From Chiloscyllium plagiosum (taxonomy: Eukaryota), in contig NC_057752.1 of the NCBI RefSeq assembly GCF_004010195.1, forward strand, positions 13,630,104 to 13,694,103: a stretch of DNA of 64,000 nucleotides. Reading direction: 5' to 3'. A program made the position numbers and the translations under genes. The first letter of the stretch is position 1, and every line of letters begins with the position of its first letter. The notes beneath the pieces were generated by a model. It was given only the letters and a program-made list of their open reading frames with translations, was not told where the DNA came from and did no database searches. Shown here in pieces: positions 13,617 through 25,790 of this stretch.

Positions 13617-13835
13617 GTTGTGGAGAAGAAGATTGTAAGACACAGAATTTATGGCAAAAGTTTACAGTTGTGAGGTAACTGAAATTATATATTGAAAAAA
13701 GACCTGGACTGTTTGTCATTTTAAAAGATGAGAGACTTAAACAATCCAGGCCTTTTTCAATATATAATTTCAGTTACATCACAACTGTAAACTTTTGCCA
13801 TAAATTCTGTGTCTTACAATCTTCTTCTCCACAAC

Positions 13836-13870
13836 CACCTGATGAAGGAGCAGCACTCCGAAAGCTAGTG
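13836..13870 (+). ncRNA. Minimal hammerhead ribozyme motif (inverted copy)
   Basis: cacCTGATGAaggagcagcactccGAAAGCTAgtg read directly on the + strand. Confidence 0.75.
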
Positions 13871-16589
13871 CTTCCAATTAAACCTGTTAGACTATAACCC
13901 GGTGTCAAAACTCACTGTTCCAGACATGTAATTTTTGGTGAAAACAGCTGAGTAGGAAAAACAGCAATTTAATAATGAGGTCCTTTCACTGCCTATCTCC
14001 CAACGAGGTGACAGAAACTGTTTTGAAAGAGGAATTTAGGCAGTTCGAAAGGACAGCAACAGCTCTCCGTTTTCCCCCTGCTCCCACTCCACCCACGCAC
14101 ACAGAGCACAATTACTAACTCCTCACAGCACCCCATCACTGGAACTGGAAAACACAACTTGGCAACTCAGAGGACTTTGGTTGGATGCTTGCCAAAACTA
14201 CATGACATGAAGCTTAGCATACTGCAGACACAAAAACATGCATGAACATGAAGGAATTTTGTAATTAAATAAGCATACAAAAACAAATCAGTTAGCATGG
14301 AAGCAAGTTATTAAAATGAAAATATCAAAATGATTCAAGTTACACTACACATGCCATTATTGTTGTGGCAAGATAGGATCTTGCAATCTCTAAACAATAC
14401 TGTTCCCTTTTAATTCTGTTCTTGGTATGGCTCCAGGTAAATCAGGAACAACCTGACATTTGACTGCAAGAATTAAATACCCATTAGCTCTGTTTACTTT
14501 CAGATTTAGCGATAGGTTAGCTAAATGCAGAGCAGAACAAACCATTTCAAATCAAATATAGAGAAGCACGATGTGGGGCGGCTCGGTTTTATTATATAAC
14601 AACATCCACTCATTTAAACAAGTGGTTTGCACGGTTTAATTTTAGATCTGACCTTTTCAGACTCTACAGTCACTACTTTGAACCAATACCCAGTGGCTTT
14701 CCCTCTCATGCTGAGCTTTTTGATACTCCGCATTAATTCAGGCATCTGAGAAATGGCACGATTACAAAGTATGTTGAGTGTCGATATCACCTTGCCTGCC
14801 TAGAAAGGTTACCAGTTGCATCACAATCCTGATAACAGCATGATTACTGAGAAAAACTCAAAGATGCATTTGGAACTTTTCAATAATTATCACATTGGAA
14901 GTCAAACCATATTGCAGACCGAAGTCACCTTTCCAACCTATCCATGGCAATGTTTTCTGCAGTGGCCTGGCCAGAGTACTGTATTGGTGGCTAGCTAGGA
15001 ATGAACAGGAAACGCAGCCTAACTAGCATCACATCCAAATTTCAAAAAGCCTGATAACTGTCAAGATAATCAAACCCACAACTGCAAAGGAAATACTACT
15101 TGGTGAGTAACAGTATTTTTGAAGGCTGCGTATTCAAAACAGGACAAAAACATAAAAGTGCGTCCAAAATAGATTTGCAAGGATGACACCAGAATTGAGA
15201 TAATACAAACTATTGGGAAAGACTGAACCATACAGGGCTGCAGACCTTTCAAATAAATACTTAGAGGTGATCTTGTAGAGCTCCTCAAAATGATGGGCGA
15301 GTTGGACAGAGCAGAAGTGGAAATGGAATTCCAAATTGGACCATAATTAGATACTTGCCAATCAATTCAATGGAGAAATAGGGAAAAATTAACCAAACAA
15401 TGACAAGGTTGTAGAATTCATGACCACTAGAAGCTATTGAGGGTAACGATATCAATGCATCTAAAAGAAAACTAGGCCTGTACATAAGAGGAAAAGGAAC
15501 AAGGATATGTACTGACAAAATTACAGTAAGGTAGATAAACCAGGTGGTGGAACATATCAGGAAATCTGTTTCTTTCGCTTTCATTTATCTAGCTTCCCGT
15601 AAATTGCATCTACACTTTTTGTCTGACTCCCTATGGGGGCAAGTTCCACATTCTAACAACTTGCAACTTAAAAAGAAACTTTCTTCTAAATTCCCATTTC
15701 ATTTATTCATGGCTGCTTTATACTTATGGTCCTTCACCTGGTCACCACAAGATAAAGTATCTTGTCATGACTAATCCATCAAACCACTCCTACCAGGTCA
15801 CCTTTCTTTTTTGAGCGGTATAAGTCCTAGCCTGTTCAATCTCAATTCCACATGTTGCAAATAACCCTTGCATTCAGTCCAAGAAAACAGACATTTTTGA
15901 CACTGCAAAAATCAACAACTCAGTACAACCTAAAGATGTCTGTGCATTGGTTAACCCGCTGAATTTTGCACTCCCTCACTAACATTTGATACTATAAGAC
16001 ATTTCTGCCTTGCAAATGATCCCGTCACACACTATTCTGCACGCACAGAAGTTTCTGGAAATCAAGGGCAGTCAGTCAACAGTACTAGAATTGAACAGCT
16101 GCTAAGCTGTTTCTTCAATTTGCATAAATTAGTGTGAGGGGTTTAATTTTGGCTTGTTGAAAGAGGAAGGTGGCTCATTGTAGTACTGCTGCCACTCAAG
16201 CAGGGACGAAATGCTCGAGCCAAGAACAGAGTCGGCCATGCTGATCCAAGAAACTGAAATTTGAAACTAAGTTTATTTTGGGGTCTAACTTGCAAGGTTT
16301 TTGGTTTCACTCATTTCAGGACAGGAGCTCAAATTTGTTCTGAACAGTGAATCCTTTGAGAAATTATAGATCTTCAGTTTTTCACCTGACAGTTTTGACA
16401 ATTTGCACTCCCCGAAGAATGTAGTTGCTACAATCCTCTTACTGGTATCCCAATCAACTACCACCAAGTATCAGCACACAGCAGTGAGGTATGCGTGCTC
16501 AATTCACAGCACGACCAATTCAGTCGCTTTCACATACTACATAGAAAGTTACTGAGTGAACACTTGGCACTGTTGCGCATGGGCAGAAA

Positions 16590-17150
16590 GCAGAGGCAAG
16601 ACCAATTACCATCTGATCAGTCAACTCTCAAATGATCAGTCAAGTGATGGAAGGTGTCACCAATGGTGCTTGCATCACAGTAACCTGCTCACTGACGCTC
16701 AGTTTGGATTCTGCCAGGGCCACTCAGCCCCTGACTTCACTACAACCTTGGTCCAAACATGGACAAAAGAGCTGACAAGAGGAGAGTAACTCCACATGAT
16801 ATCAAGGTTGCCTCAGACCAATTGTGGCACCAAGGGAGCTCTCTCAAAGCTGGAGTCAGTCGGAATTGGGGGGGGGGGGGGGGGGCTCTTCTGTTGGTTG
16901 GGGTCATACCTCGCACATCGGAAGATGCTTGCAGTTGTTGGAGGTCAGTCATATCAATTGCAGAGTATTTCTGCACAAGCTCCTCAGGGTAGTGTCCTTG
17001 GCTCAACCATCTTCAGTTTCAATGACTGTCCCTCCACCACAAGTTCAGAAATGGGGATTTTCACCAAAGATCGCACAATGTTCAGCACTATTCACCATTC
17101 CTCAGGTATTGAAGCAGACCACGTTCGAATGCAACAAGACCTGGGCTGAC
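16590..17150 (+). mobile_element. Degenerate CR1/L2-group LINE RT fragment (distinct family)
   Basis: NLLTDAQFGFCQGHSAPD, DIKVASDQLWHQG, PQGSVLG. Confidence 0.7.
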
Positions 17151-18294
17151 AAGCGGCAAGAAACATTCACACAATAACCAAGATGGAATCCAAATTTAGA
17201 ATTAGATTACTTTGTCACATGTACTCTAGTACAAAAGTACAGTGGAAAGTGTACAATGTTGCCATTCCTGGCTTCATTATAGATACAAAGGTACAGCAGT
17301 ACAATAGTACAGACACAAAGTATGGAAATAAAGAAACAGAGTTAAATATTACAGTCCTTCTTAGTACTAAGTTAAAAATTCTGTCTTTAAGTGTTTAGCC
17401 ATGCTGAGTTCACACTCCCTCCAAGGGCTTGATCTCCTCCATTTTGGTCCACTCTCCAGGAGACCTCAGTCTGCCTACTCTCCCCACCATTGCCACAGAT
17501 GCCACATTGAGCTCAATCTCCGACTGTCAAAGTCCTGATCCAGGTCCCCAGCTGCTGCCATGCTCCAGATCACAACAAGCTGCCAACCGCAAAACTCTCC
17601 ACTCTGGACCCCCAGCTGCTGCCAACTCTGGACCCGGCAAAGCTGCGATGGTCACTGTCTCCGTGACAGAGCTTTCTCCAGAAGGTAAGTAGAAATAAAC
17701 CAAAAAAAGGAAGAGATCAAGGAAAAAGAAAAGCAGACAGAGTGGACTAGCCTACTCAACTGCTGCTATCTTGGATTACACAATCTAACCATTCCCTTTT
17801 GACACTTGAGGATTAACTAAATCCCCTCAAATCTTCCAGCACAGGATTATCAGTATTGCAGCTCAGCATTGAGACCTTCGTATCGAGACTCAAATTTTCC
17901 CTTTTGAAAAGCAATGCAACAGAACTGACCAACATAGACAACAGCTGAAAATACAGGCACTGAAACATGACAGATGAAAACCTAGAATGGAGCAAGCTCA
18001 GAGTCCAGCAGTCACATTGCCAGATTTTGACTAGGAGTCATACTGGGGTTTGTGTAGGTTATGCAGAAAAACACCAATAATCATTCTAACGCCTCTATAG
18101 AAGAAACAGTGTACTTTATTAAAAAACAAGCTGCAATCTTTCAGACATGACCCTGTTTATCCTTTTCAATGGATCCAAGAGATCCAATGGTATTATTTAC
18201 ATGTGTAGGGAAGTTCTACTGGCCAATATTTGTCCATCAATTGGGAAAGAAACGATCCGGTTACTTGCCTGAGAGGTCTGTGGAACAGGTTAAA

Positions 18295-19160
18295 AAAAGG
18301 ACTGCAGATGCTGGAAACCACAGTCTAAATTAGAGTGGTGCTGGAAAAGCACAGGTCAGGCAGCATCCAAGGAGCAGGAAAATCGACGATTTGGGCAAAA
18401 GCACTTCATCAGGAATAGAGGCAGGGTGCCAGCAGAGTAGAGGGATAAATGAGGGGGGTGGGGTGAAAGTAGCAGAATACAATGGGTGAAAGGGGGTGGG
18501 GCTGAAACTGATAGGTCAGAGAGGAGGGTGGAGTGGATAGGTGGAAAGGAAGATATAAATGATATGAGTGGATGTGTAGGTAAAACTTTGATGGATGTGG
18601 AAAGCTCCTTTGGGGCCTTGGATGGAGGTGAGGGAGGAGGTGTGGGCGCTGGTTTTACAGTTCCTGCGGTGGCAGGGGTAAGTGCCAGGATGGGAGGGTG
18701 GGTCGTAGGGGGGTGTGGACCTGAAGAGGTAGTCACGGAGGGAACGGTCTTTGCAGAAGGCGTAAAGGGGTGGGGAGGGAAATATATCCCTGGTGGTGGG
18801 GTCTTTTTGGAGGTGGCGGAAATGTCGGTGGATGATTTGGTTTGTGTGAAGGTTGTTAGGGTGGAAGGTGAGCACCAGGGGTGTTCTGTCCTTGTTACAG
18901 TTGGAGGGGTGGGGTTTGAGGGCAGAGGGGCGGGATGTGGACAAGATGCGTTGGAGGGCATCTTTAACCACATGGGAAGGGAAATTGCGGTCTCTAAAGG
19001 AGGAGGTCATCTGGCGTGTTCTGTGGTGGAACTGGTCCTCCTGGGAGCAGATACGGCGGAGGCAGAGGAATTGGGAATACAGGATGGCACTTTTGCAGGA
19101 GGTAGGGTGGGAAGAGGTGTAATCCAGGTAGCTGTGGGAGTCGGTGGGTTTGTAAAACCC
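18295..19160 (-). mobile_element. Penelope-like element fragment (RT C-terminus/thumb + Cys linker)
   Basis: YKPTDSHSYLDYTSSHP...SQFLCLRRICS...PLVLTFHP...PCHRRNCKT in ORF 18516-19280, followed by the PLE terminal repeat. Confidence 0.88.
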
Positions 19161-19509
19161 ACTGTCAGTGGTTTGTGGAACACTGCTGTGTACGCCTGCC
19201 TCCATTACAACTGTAGAAATATTGCAGGAGGTCATTGGTTGTAAAACATTTTGGGCCATCTTAATCCTACATACATTCAAGTTTGACTAAGTTAAATAGA
19301 GCAGTCAAGAGATTAGATTCACAGAAATAGCAAAGCTAGGAAACGTAGGCTGGAAGTCAGGTAAAACAAGTTAGTTGAGAGTGTTCAATGAGCAGTCACC
19401 TATTGTGGTGAGGACATTTCTATTCAACTGAGCCAGTATGAGGCATTTACAAAATAAAACATCTGCTATACAAGATGTCCAATTTTCTCAGGGCAATCTA
19501 TGTAAAGTA

Positions 19510-19702
19510 GAATGTGGTGCTGGAAAAGCACAGCAGGTCAGGCAGTATCCGAGGAGAAAGAAAATCGACGTTTCGGCCATAAGCCCTTCATCAGGAATCC
19601 TGCCGATTCTCCTGCTCCCCTGATGCTGCCTGACCTGCTGTGCTTTTCCAGTGCCACACTCTCGACACTGACCTCCCGCATCTGCAGTCCTCACTTTCTC
19701 CA
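19510..19702. repeat. Short PLE-derived fold-back element
   Basis: GTGGTGCTGGAAAAGCACAGCAGGTCAGGCAG...CTGCCTGACCTGCTGTGCTTTTCCAGTGCCAC. Similar elements at ~180-345, 1030-1162, 8100-8325, 19890-20060, 22780-22915 and 49868-50030. Confidence 0.8.
19563..19598 (-). ncRNA. Minimal hammerhead ribozyme motif, second PLE family, sense to OS9 intron 1
   Basis: auuc-CUGAUGA-aGGGCuuaugGCC-GAA-ACGU-C-gauu: intact core, GUC cleavage triplet, ACGU palindrome. Confidence 0.72.
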
Positions 19703-20989
19703 AAACACGTAGAGTTGCCAGCGTCACCCACAACCTACAAATTGGAAACAAAATACAAAAAGCCAAGACAACACCACAGGTCCATCAACACCCACGGCAT
19801 TGATTAGATGAGGAGTCTCACGAGCCATTTTCTCCTACCAGAAGGAGTGCTAACTCCTGGGGCAAATGGAAATAAAAATCTAAAATAAAAGAACTGCAGA
19901 TGCTGGAAATCTGTAATCAAAGAGAAATTGCTGGAGAAACTCAGGTCTGACAGCATCTTGAGAGAGGGGAGGGTTAACATTTCAGGTCCAGTGATGGATG
20001 CGCAGAGCATTCTGAAGGGTCATTGGACCAGAAACATTTATTCTGCTTTCTCTCCAGACAGGGGGGGGGGGGAATCTACTGTATCAGATCATCATTATTT
20101 CATTGGACCAAATGTCTAACTTCTGCTCCTAAATCTTCTGGCCTTATGCAGAGACAGTCACAGTCACATTTGATTGAATCTGTGCAAATTACAGCCTTTT
20201 CCAATTCAGGCAAAATGCCACTTTTCTAATAGCTACCATATCACTTTGCCCAAATTACATTAGTATATTAATTACAGTGTACCTTAAAGGCAAATAGGCA
20301 GCAGAGTGTTGCTTTGACACATTTCAGTTCAATTCGTGGACTGAATTTGGACCAGGCTCCAGCTGAAAGTGTAAACATTGTTGTAAATGGATTTAATATG
20401 CTCCCAACATTAGTTCAACCCTCATTCATTCAGCAGAAATTAAGTAGCAATGTCAGACATTAAACCCTCAGTTCTATAGGATAGAACAGATACCAGAAAA
20501 AGCTGTTGAATCTATTTCCTTCTGTCTGCCAAGACCTATTCCAGAATCTAATTAACATTTCTCATCACCTGCCTACACCAAGGTCTGTTGAGCAAAAGAA
20601 TGGATTTCAATTACCTTTTAATGCATTGACTGTGTGCTCACTGGAGTGAAATTACAGGAATACACCAGTGTAAACCTATTTCTTTCGTCAATTGGAACCT
20701 TTGTTGCTGTATGTCAGCACTGCACAAATTACCCATCATCTGAAATAACCTCCCATCCATACTAAATTGTTTTACACTTGCTTAGATCAAAACAGAAACA
20801 CATTGTCAAAAACACTAACATATTAAAAGGTGTAAAGCGTGGCAAAATAGGCATAAATCTTAGCCGCCTCGAGATTTGAGCACACAATTTAGACTGGCAG
20901 CCCTGTGTATTGACTGCGCAGTCAGTCGTTCCTTTTTTCGAATGAACCTAGAAACAAACCAGGGGATCAGCACCAATTCAAAGACAGTG

Positions 20990-22370
20990 TCAGAGTGTAT
21001 TACCAGAAGCAGCAATAGGCATAGCTAAAAACAAGGTCCAAGGTGAAAGCTCCAACACAGGACGATTTGTATGCAAAACAGTGGGAGCAGCATGCAATAG
21101 ACGGGGCTAATAGATTACACAACCAACAGATCAGATCCAAGTTGTGCAATCATGATGGTGATGGACAGTCAAACAACTAAAGGAGGCAGCTCCACAAATA
21201 TCCCCATCCTCAATAGTGGGGGAACCCAACACATCAGTGCAAAAGATTAGGCTGAAGCATTTGCAACAAACGTCATCCAGAAATGCGAGTGGATGATCCA
21301 ACTCCGCCTCCTCCAGAGATCCCAAGCATCCCAGACGCTCGTACCTAGCCAATGAGATTCCCTCCACACAATATCAAGAAACAGCTGAAGGCACTGAATA
21401 TTGCAAATGCTATGGGCCTTGCCAATATTCTGGCAGTGGTCCTGAAGACTTGGTCGAGAACAAGTTGCACTCCTGGCAAAGCTGCTCCAGAAAAAAAAAT
21501 ACTGGCACCTATCTGGCAATTTGGAAAGTGGCCCAGGTACATTGTGTCCACGAAAGACAGCACAAACTCAGTGCTACTAATTACCACCTAACCAATTCTC
21601 GATCATCAGTATTGAGATGAAAGAATCACCACAGAGTTATCTATAGACACTTAATACAACAACAATCTGCTGACAGATGCTCAGTTTAGTATCTGCCAGC
21701 TTTCCTCACTTCACTAGAGCCTTGAGTTGGGGGCAGTCAGTCTTAACATCATTTCACCAAGTCTTCTTAGCAAATTGAAGTTGATGAGAATCCAGCAAAG
21801 AACTCTGAACGAGCTGGAGTCATACGGAGCACAAAGGTTGTGGCTGTTGAAGCAAATTACCTTAGCACTGGGACATTGCTGCAGGAAATCTTCATATGTT
21901 CTAGTAAATCAGTTCAGCGACACTATTACACACTTCTGAAGTAAGATTTGAACCTGGGTCTCCTGACAAGACCCCAGTTCTTCAGGACAGGTATTTTATC
22001 AAATCTGCTCAGAGACATCTTTACACACTTCTGGAACAGGTAGGACTTGAACTTCAGCCTCCTGGCTCAAAAGCTCATCAGGATAATATTCTAGGCCTAA
22101 TCATCATCAGCACCTTCCAGCCTCATGACCATGGCTACCTATAGAAGGACAAAGGCAACAGATACATGGGAACACCGCTATCTGCAAGTTCCCCTCCAAC
22201 CTACACCATCCAGATTTAGCAACCATATGGCGCAATTTCACTGTTGCAAAATCCTAGGCCTCCCTCCCTAACAGTACTGTGGGTGTACCTGGGCCTCACC
22301 ACTGCTTCAAGGGCAATTACAGATTGGCAATAAGTGCTGGCCTTGCCAGCAATGCTCACATCCTGCAAAT
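20990..22370 (+). mobile_element. Degenerate LINE, same family as 16590-17150, including the 3' tail
   Basis: IKKQLKALNIANAMG..., CTGACAGATGCTCAGTTT; tail GGCAATAAGTGCTGGCCTTGCCAGC. Confidence 0.62.
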
Positions 22371-22419
22371 ATTTGTTTTAAAAATTAAACCAGATACTGA
22401 ATGTTCAATACTGCAGAAA

Positions 22420-24215
22420 ACCTAGAGTATGAAAAATGCAGAGGTGAAATTAAAATGGAAATTAGGAAAGCAAAGAGGGGGCATTAATTTGGACACAAAA
22501 GCTCAAAGATGTATAAATGCATAAAGGTTAAAACTGTAACTCAGGAAAAGGTTAAGCCAATTAAAAAAGATAACTTATGTACAGAGGAGGAAGATATACA
22601 TGAGCATGCTTTGTAATGATTACTTTGTGTCAGTCTTCACAAAAGAGGGACAATGCCACTTTTGTAGTTAACAAGGAAAGATGAGAACTGTCAGATGGAA
22701 TAAACAGACAGGAAACATTGAGCTATTTAGCATCCTTGAAAGTAATTACACTGCCAGACCTGGATGAAATATATGGAAATGTGTTGCTGGAAAAGAAGGG
22801 CTAATGCCCGAAACGTCAATTCTCCTGTTCCCTAGATGCTGCCTGACCTGCTGCGCTTTTCCAGCAACACATTTCCATCTCTGATCTCCAGCATCTGCAG
22901 ACCTCACTTTCTCCCCTGGATGAAATATATCCCAACCTGTTAAGGAAAGAAACAGTGAAGACCCTGACCATCATTTTCCCATCCTCTCTGGACATTAGAT
23001 AGTTACTTTAAAAGTGAGCAACAGTTAACCGGATGAAGTACTCACCAGTCAACTTAACCTGATGAGAAAATCAGATACAGATTAATCAAGGACAGTTGGC
23101 ATGGATTTTTTTTTAAAAAAATGTTAGATGGTGAATGACTAACACAACTAAAGCTGGTGTATTCATGGATAGGGTGAATGCACTCAGCCTTCTTCCCAGG
23201 GTTGGGGAAATCGAGGACAAGAGGGCATCAGTTTAAGGTTAGAGGAGAAAGAATAAAAAGGAACCGGAGGTGCAACTTTTTTTTAAAATAGAGGGTGGTA
23301 CATATATGGAATAAGCTGCCAGTATAAGTGGTTGAGGCGTACACATTAACAACATTTAAAATGCATTTGGATAAATACATAGATAGGAAAGGTTTAGAAG
23401 GATATGGGCCAAGTGCAGGGAAATGGGGTTAGTATGGATGGACATTTTGGTTGGCCCAAACTCATCCATGCTGAAGGGCCTGTCTCTGTGCTGTAGGACT
23501 CTTATAATGACAATCAAAGAGATTAGCACCTTTAAGTCTACCTAGGTTTTAAGGAGGCTTTTGACAATATCCCACATTGATAGACTGGTCAAAAAAATTG
23601 ACAGCCCATGGGATCAAAGGGAAAGAACCAAAATTGGCTCAGTGCAGGGAGTATAGGAAAACAGTCAGCTGGTATTTTGCAAACATACAACCGCTTCCAG
23701 TAGGGATCCGCAGAGCACAGTCCCAGGTACCGTGCAAAGAGTAGTATATATCAATGATGCCAACTTAAATGTAAGGGCATAATTAAGAAATCTGCAGGCG
23801 CTAAGAATTTAGTCGAGAGATCCTCAAGGAAGAAAGCTGTAGTCTATAGAAAGATACCAATGCACTGGTCAGGTAGCAGAAAAACAGCAAAAGGAATTCA
23901 ATCCAGTAACGTGTGAAATAATGCCTTTGGGGTAGACAAATAATTGAGGAAACATACAAGAAAACTAATAGGATTCTAAAAAGTGAGAGGAATAGATAGG
24001 ACCTTCAAGGTCCCTAACAGGTCAAACACAGTGGTTAAGAAGCCATATGTTTATCAACAGTGGCCTTGGGGATAAGAAAAGAGAGGTTGCATTAGAGGGG
24101 GCATGGAGATTTACTAAGGATGGCATCAGCAATGGAGAATTTTTATTATACAAAGCAAACTTTTGAAACAGAAGCAGCCATGAGAATATTTGATTGAGGT
24201 ACTGAAAATCATGAA
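22420..24215 (+). mobile_element. Old CR1 LINE with nested younger CR1 3' end (~23165-23510) and a PLE fold-back (~22780-22915)
   Basis: CR1 ORF2-like DNA (AGGAAAGCAAAGAGGGGGCAT, AAGGAGGCTTTTGACAA, GGGATCCGCAGAGCACAGTC) interrupted by younger inserts. Confidence 0.6.
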
Positions 24216-25099
24216 GGGGCCAGGGAGTGGAAATGGAGGTCTTGTAACAGAGAAGGTACAGCGCCTGCCCTTTGAGCAGCATTCGAGTTCCATTCCAGAA
24301 CTTGATGGCCAAGGAAGCCATGTTATGATGTGCCAAAACAAGTTGATTATCAACCTGCAAATCCTTCCATCATGTCTACTGTTGGCAGTAAGAACAGGAG
24401 TGTCTCCTGGTCAGCCATGCTTGATGACAGGCTGATGACCTGTTCCAAAGCAATTTAACCAACCTAAACAGGCAAGTACTGCTTCGTCTACCTCATCCAG
24501 CACTGGGTACAAAGGGAATTAAAAATGGACGGAGTGTGGATAGGAATGATGTACTTTTGTTAGTAGAGGTTTCACTAACCAGGAGGATCAGAAGTGAGTC
24601 AAACATTTTTTTCACCCAGACAGTGAAGGAACCCACTGCCTGAAACGGGGGTAGAGACAAAGGTTTTGCGATTTGAAAAAGACATGCGAACATGCATTGT
24701 GAGCTCCAGAGCTAAAGACCAAGAACTGGAAATTAGGATTCAGCAAGGCAGCTGTTTTAACCAACAGACAGACAAGGCAAGGCGGCCTCCTATGTTACAA
24801 AGCTCTGATGCCTACAGTAGAAATAACTACTTTGAAGATCACGCAACGTTAATCGGTTAACATTGAAATCATATTAAGAACAGCTATACTAGACAAGTCA
24901 AGGTCGACATATGGCCCAAAGTACATTATGTAAACAATAAACGAATTCATCATAAGACAAAGAACAGATTCTTTTCCCTCCACCACATCACCGTCACTGA
25001 TATGTGGTCATGACAAATAAAGAACGAAAGGTCACCCAGCGTTTACTCAACCAGCTGAAAGTGAAGTCAATACATTGGAATCACGCTAAAGGTTAGTTA

Positions 25100-25790
25100 T
25101 CAATAAGAAGCCTCCGTTGGCACGCCGGCCAACGACACTGGAGGTAGCAGCACCAACCCCCGTTCTGGCAGCGCTCGTCAACTCGCCTGTCCTTTAATGA
25201 TAGGATCCGAGAGGATCTCGATTCCGTATTTCATCTCGTTGAGCTCTTCGATGTTGAGGAAAGCCGATAGGCACACGAACTGCATCGACCAGACGCTCGC
25301 AAGTACGAAGGCCCTTGCCGCAGCCGCCATCTTGAAACATTCGCCGAGAAGCTTGGGCTGCTCAGCCGAACTTTAATGGCACTGCTCCCGCCTCTCCACC
25401 GAGGCTATTGGTCAACGGCTCCCGCAGGGACCAATCAAACCGCGACGCGACGTTATCTCAAAGCTGAGTGGCTCCAGTGTCACGTCACTCTGGCGCTGCA
25501 CACCCCCCTCCCCCCCCAAACCTTGCTTGCGGCTGCCTGGCAACCAAACCCTGGCCTCTCCAGCTCCAGCACGCTGATTGATCAGAAAGGTCGCGGCCTC
25601 TGCCTGAGTGGGTAATGCTCTTGTCACTCCCAATGATAGGCCTTCTCCGATTGTCCGATTCCACGGCCGTCATGGCGGAGACCTGCCTCCAGCCCTCGTC
25701 TTTCCCTTGAACAAGTACATTTGCCGCTCGGTGATTGTTGGACTGAAATGTCAATCGTCGGGAGGCGGGGTGGGACGACTTCCCTCCAAA
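25100..25790 (-). promoter_or_regulatory. CpG-island promoter of OS9 with CCAAT boxes, UPRE and ERSE-II-like motifs, YY1 motif at the ATG
   Basis: CpG-dense relative to flanks. TGACGTGA on minus strand at 25480-25487; ATTGG-T-CAACG at 25407-25417; CCAAT at 25431-25435 and 25630-25634; CAAGATGGCGGC spans the start codon. Confidence 0.75.
25187..25330 (-). CDS. OS9: OS9 coding exon 1 (signal peptide + LNIEELNEMKYGIEIL motif), 48 codons
   Basis: Translates MAAAARAFVLASVWSMQFVCLSAFLNIEELNEMKYGIEILSDPIIKGQ, matching the OS9 N-terminus (human LNLEELSEMRYGIEILPLPVMGGQ, from recall). ATG is in strong context (CAAGATGG). Ends CAG|GCGAGT (GC donor, phase 0). Confidence 0.93.

Larger units (their letters stand above)
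13518..13905. repeat. Fold-back (inverted repeat) of a PLE terminal repeat, arms ~13547-13714 and ~13739-13905
   Basis: Arms are near-perfect reverse complements around a ~25 nt loop. Confidence 0.9.

Noticed and set aside
18486..19244. 252-aa Gly/Val-rich plus-strand ORF
   Set aside because: Antisense shadow of the Penelope-like RT fragment.
25431..25449. Classical ERSE (CCAAT-N9-CCACG)
   Set aside because: At N9 spacing the second half reads ACGCG, not CCACG; only the CCAAT box is supported.
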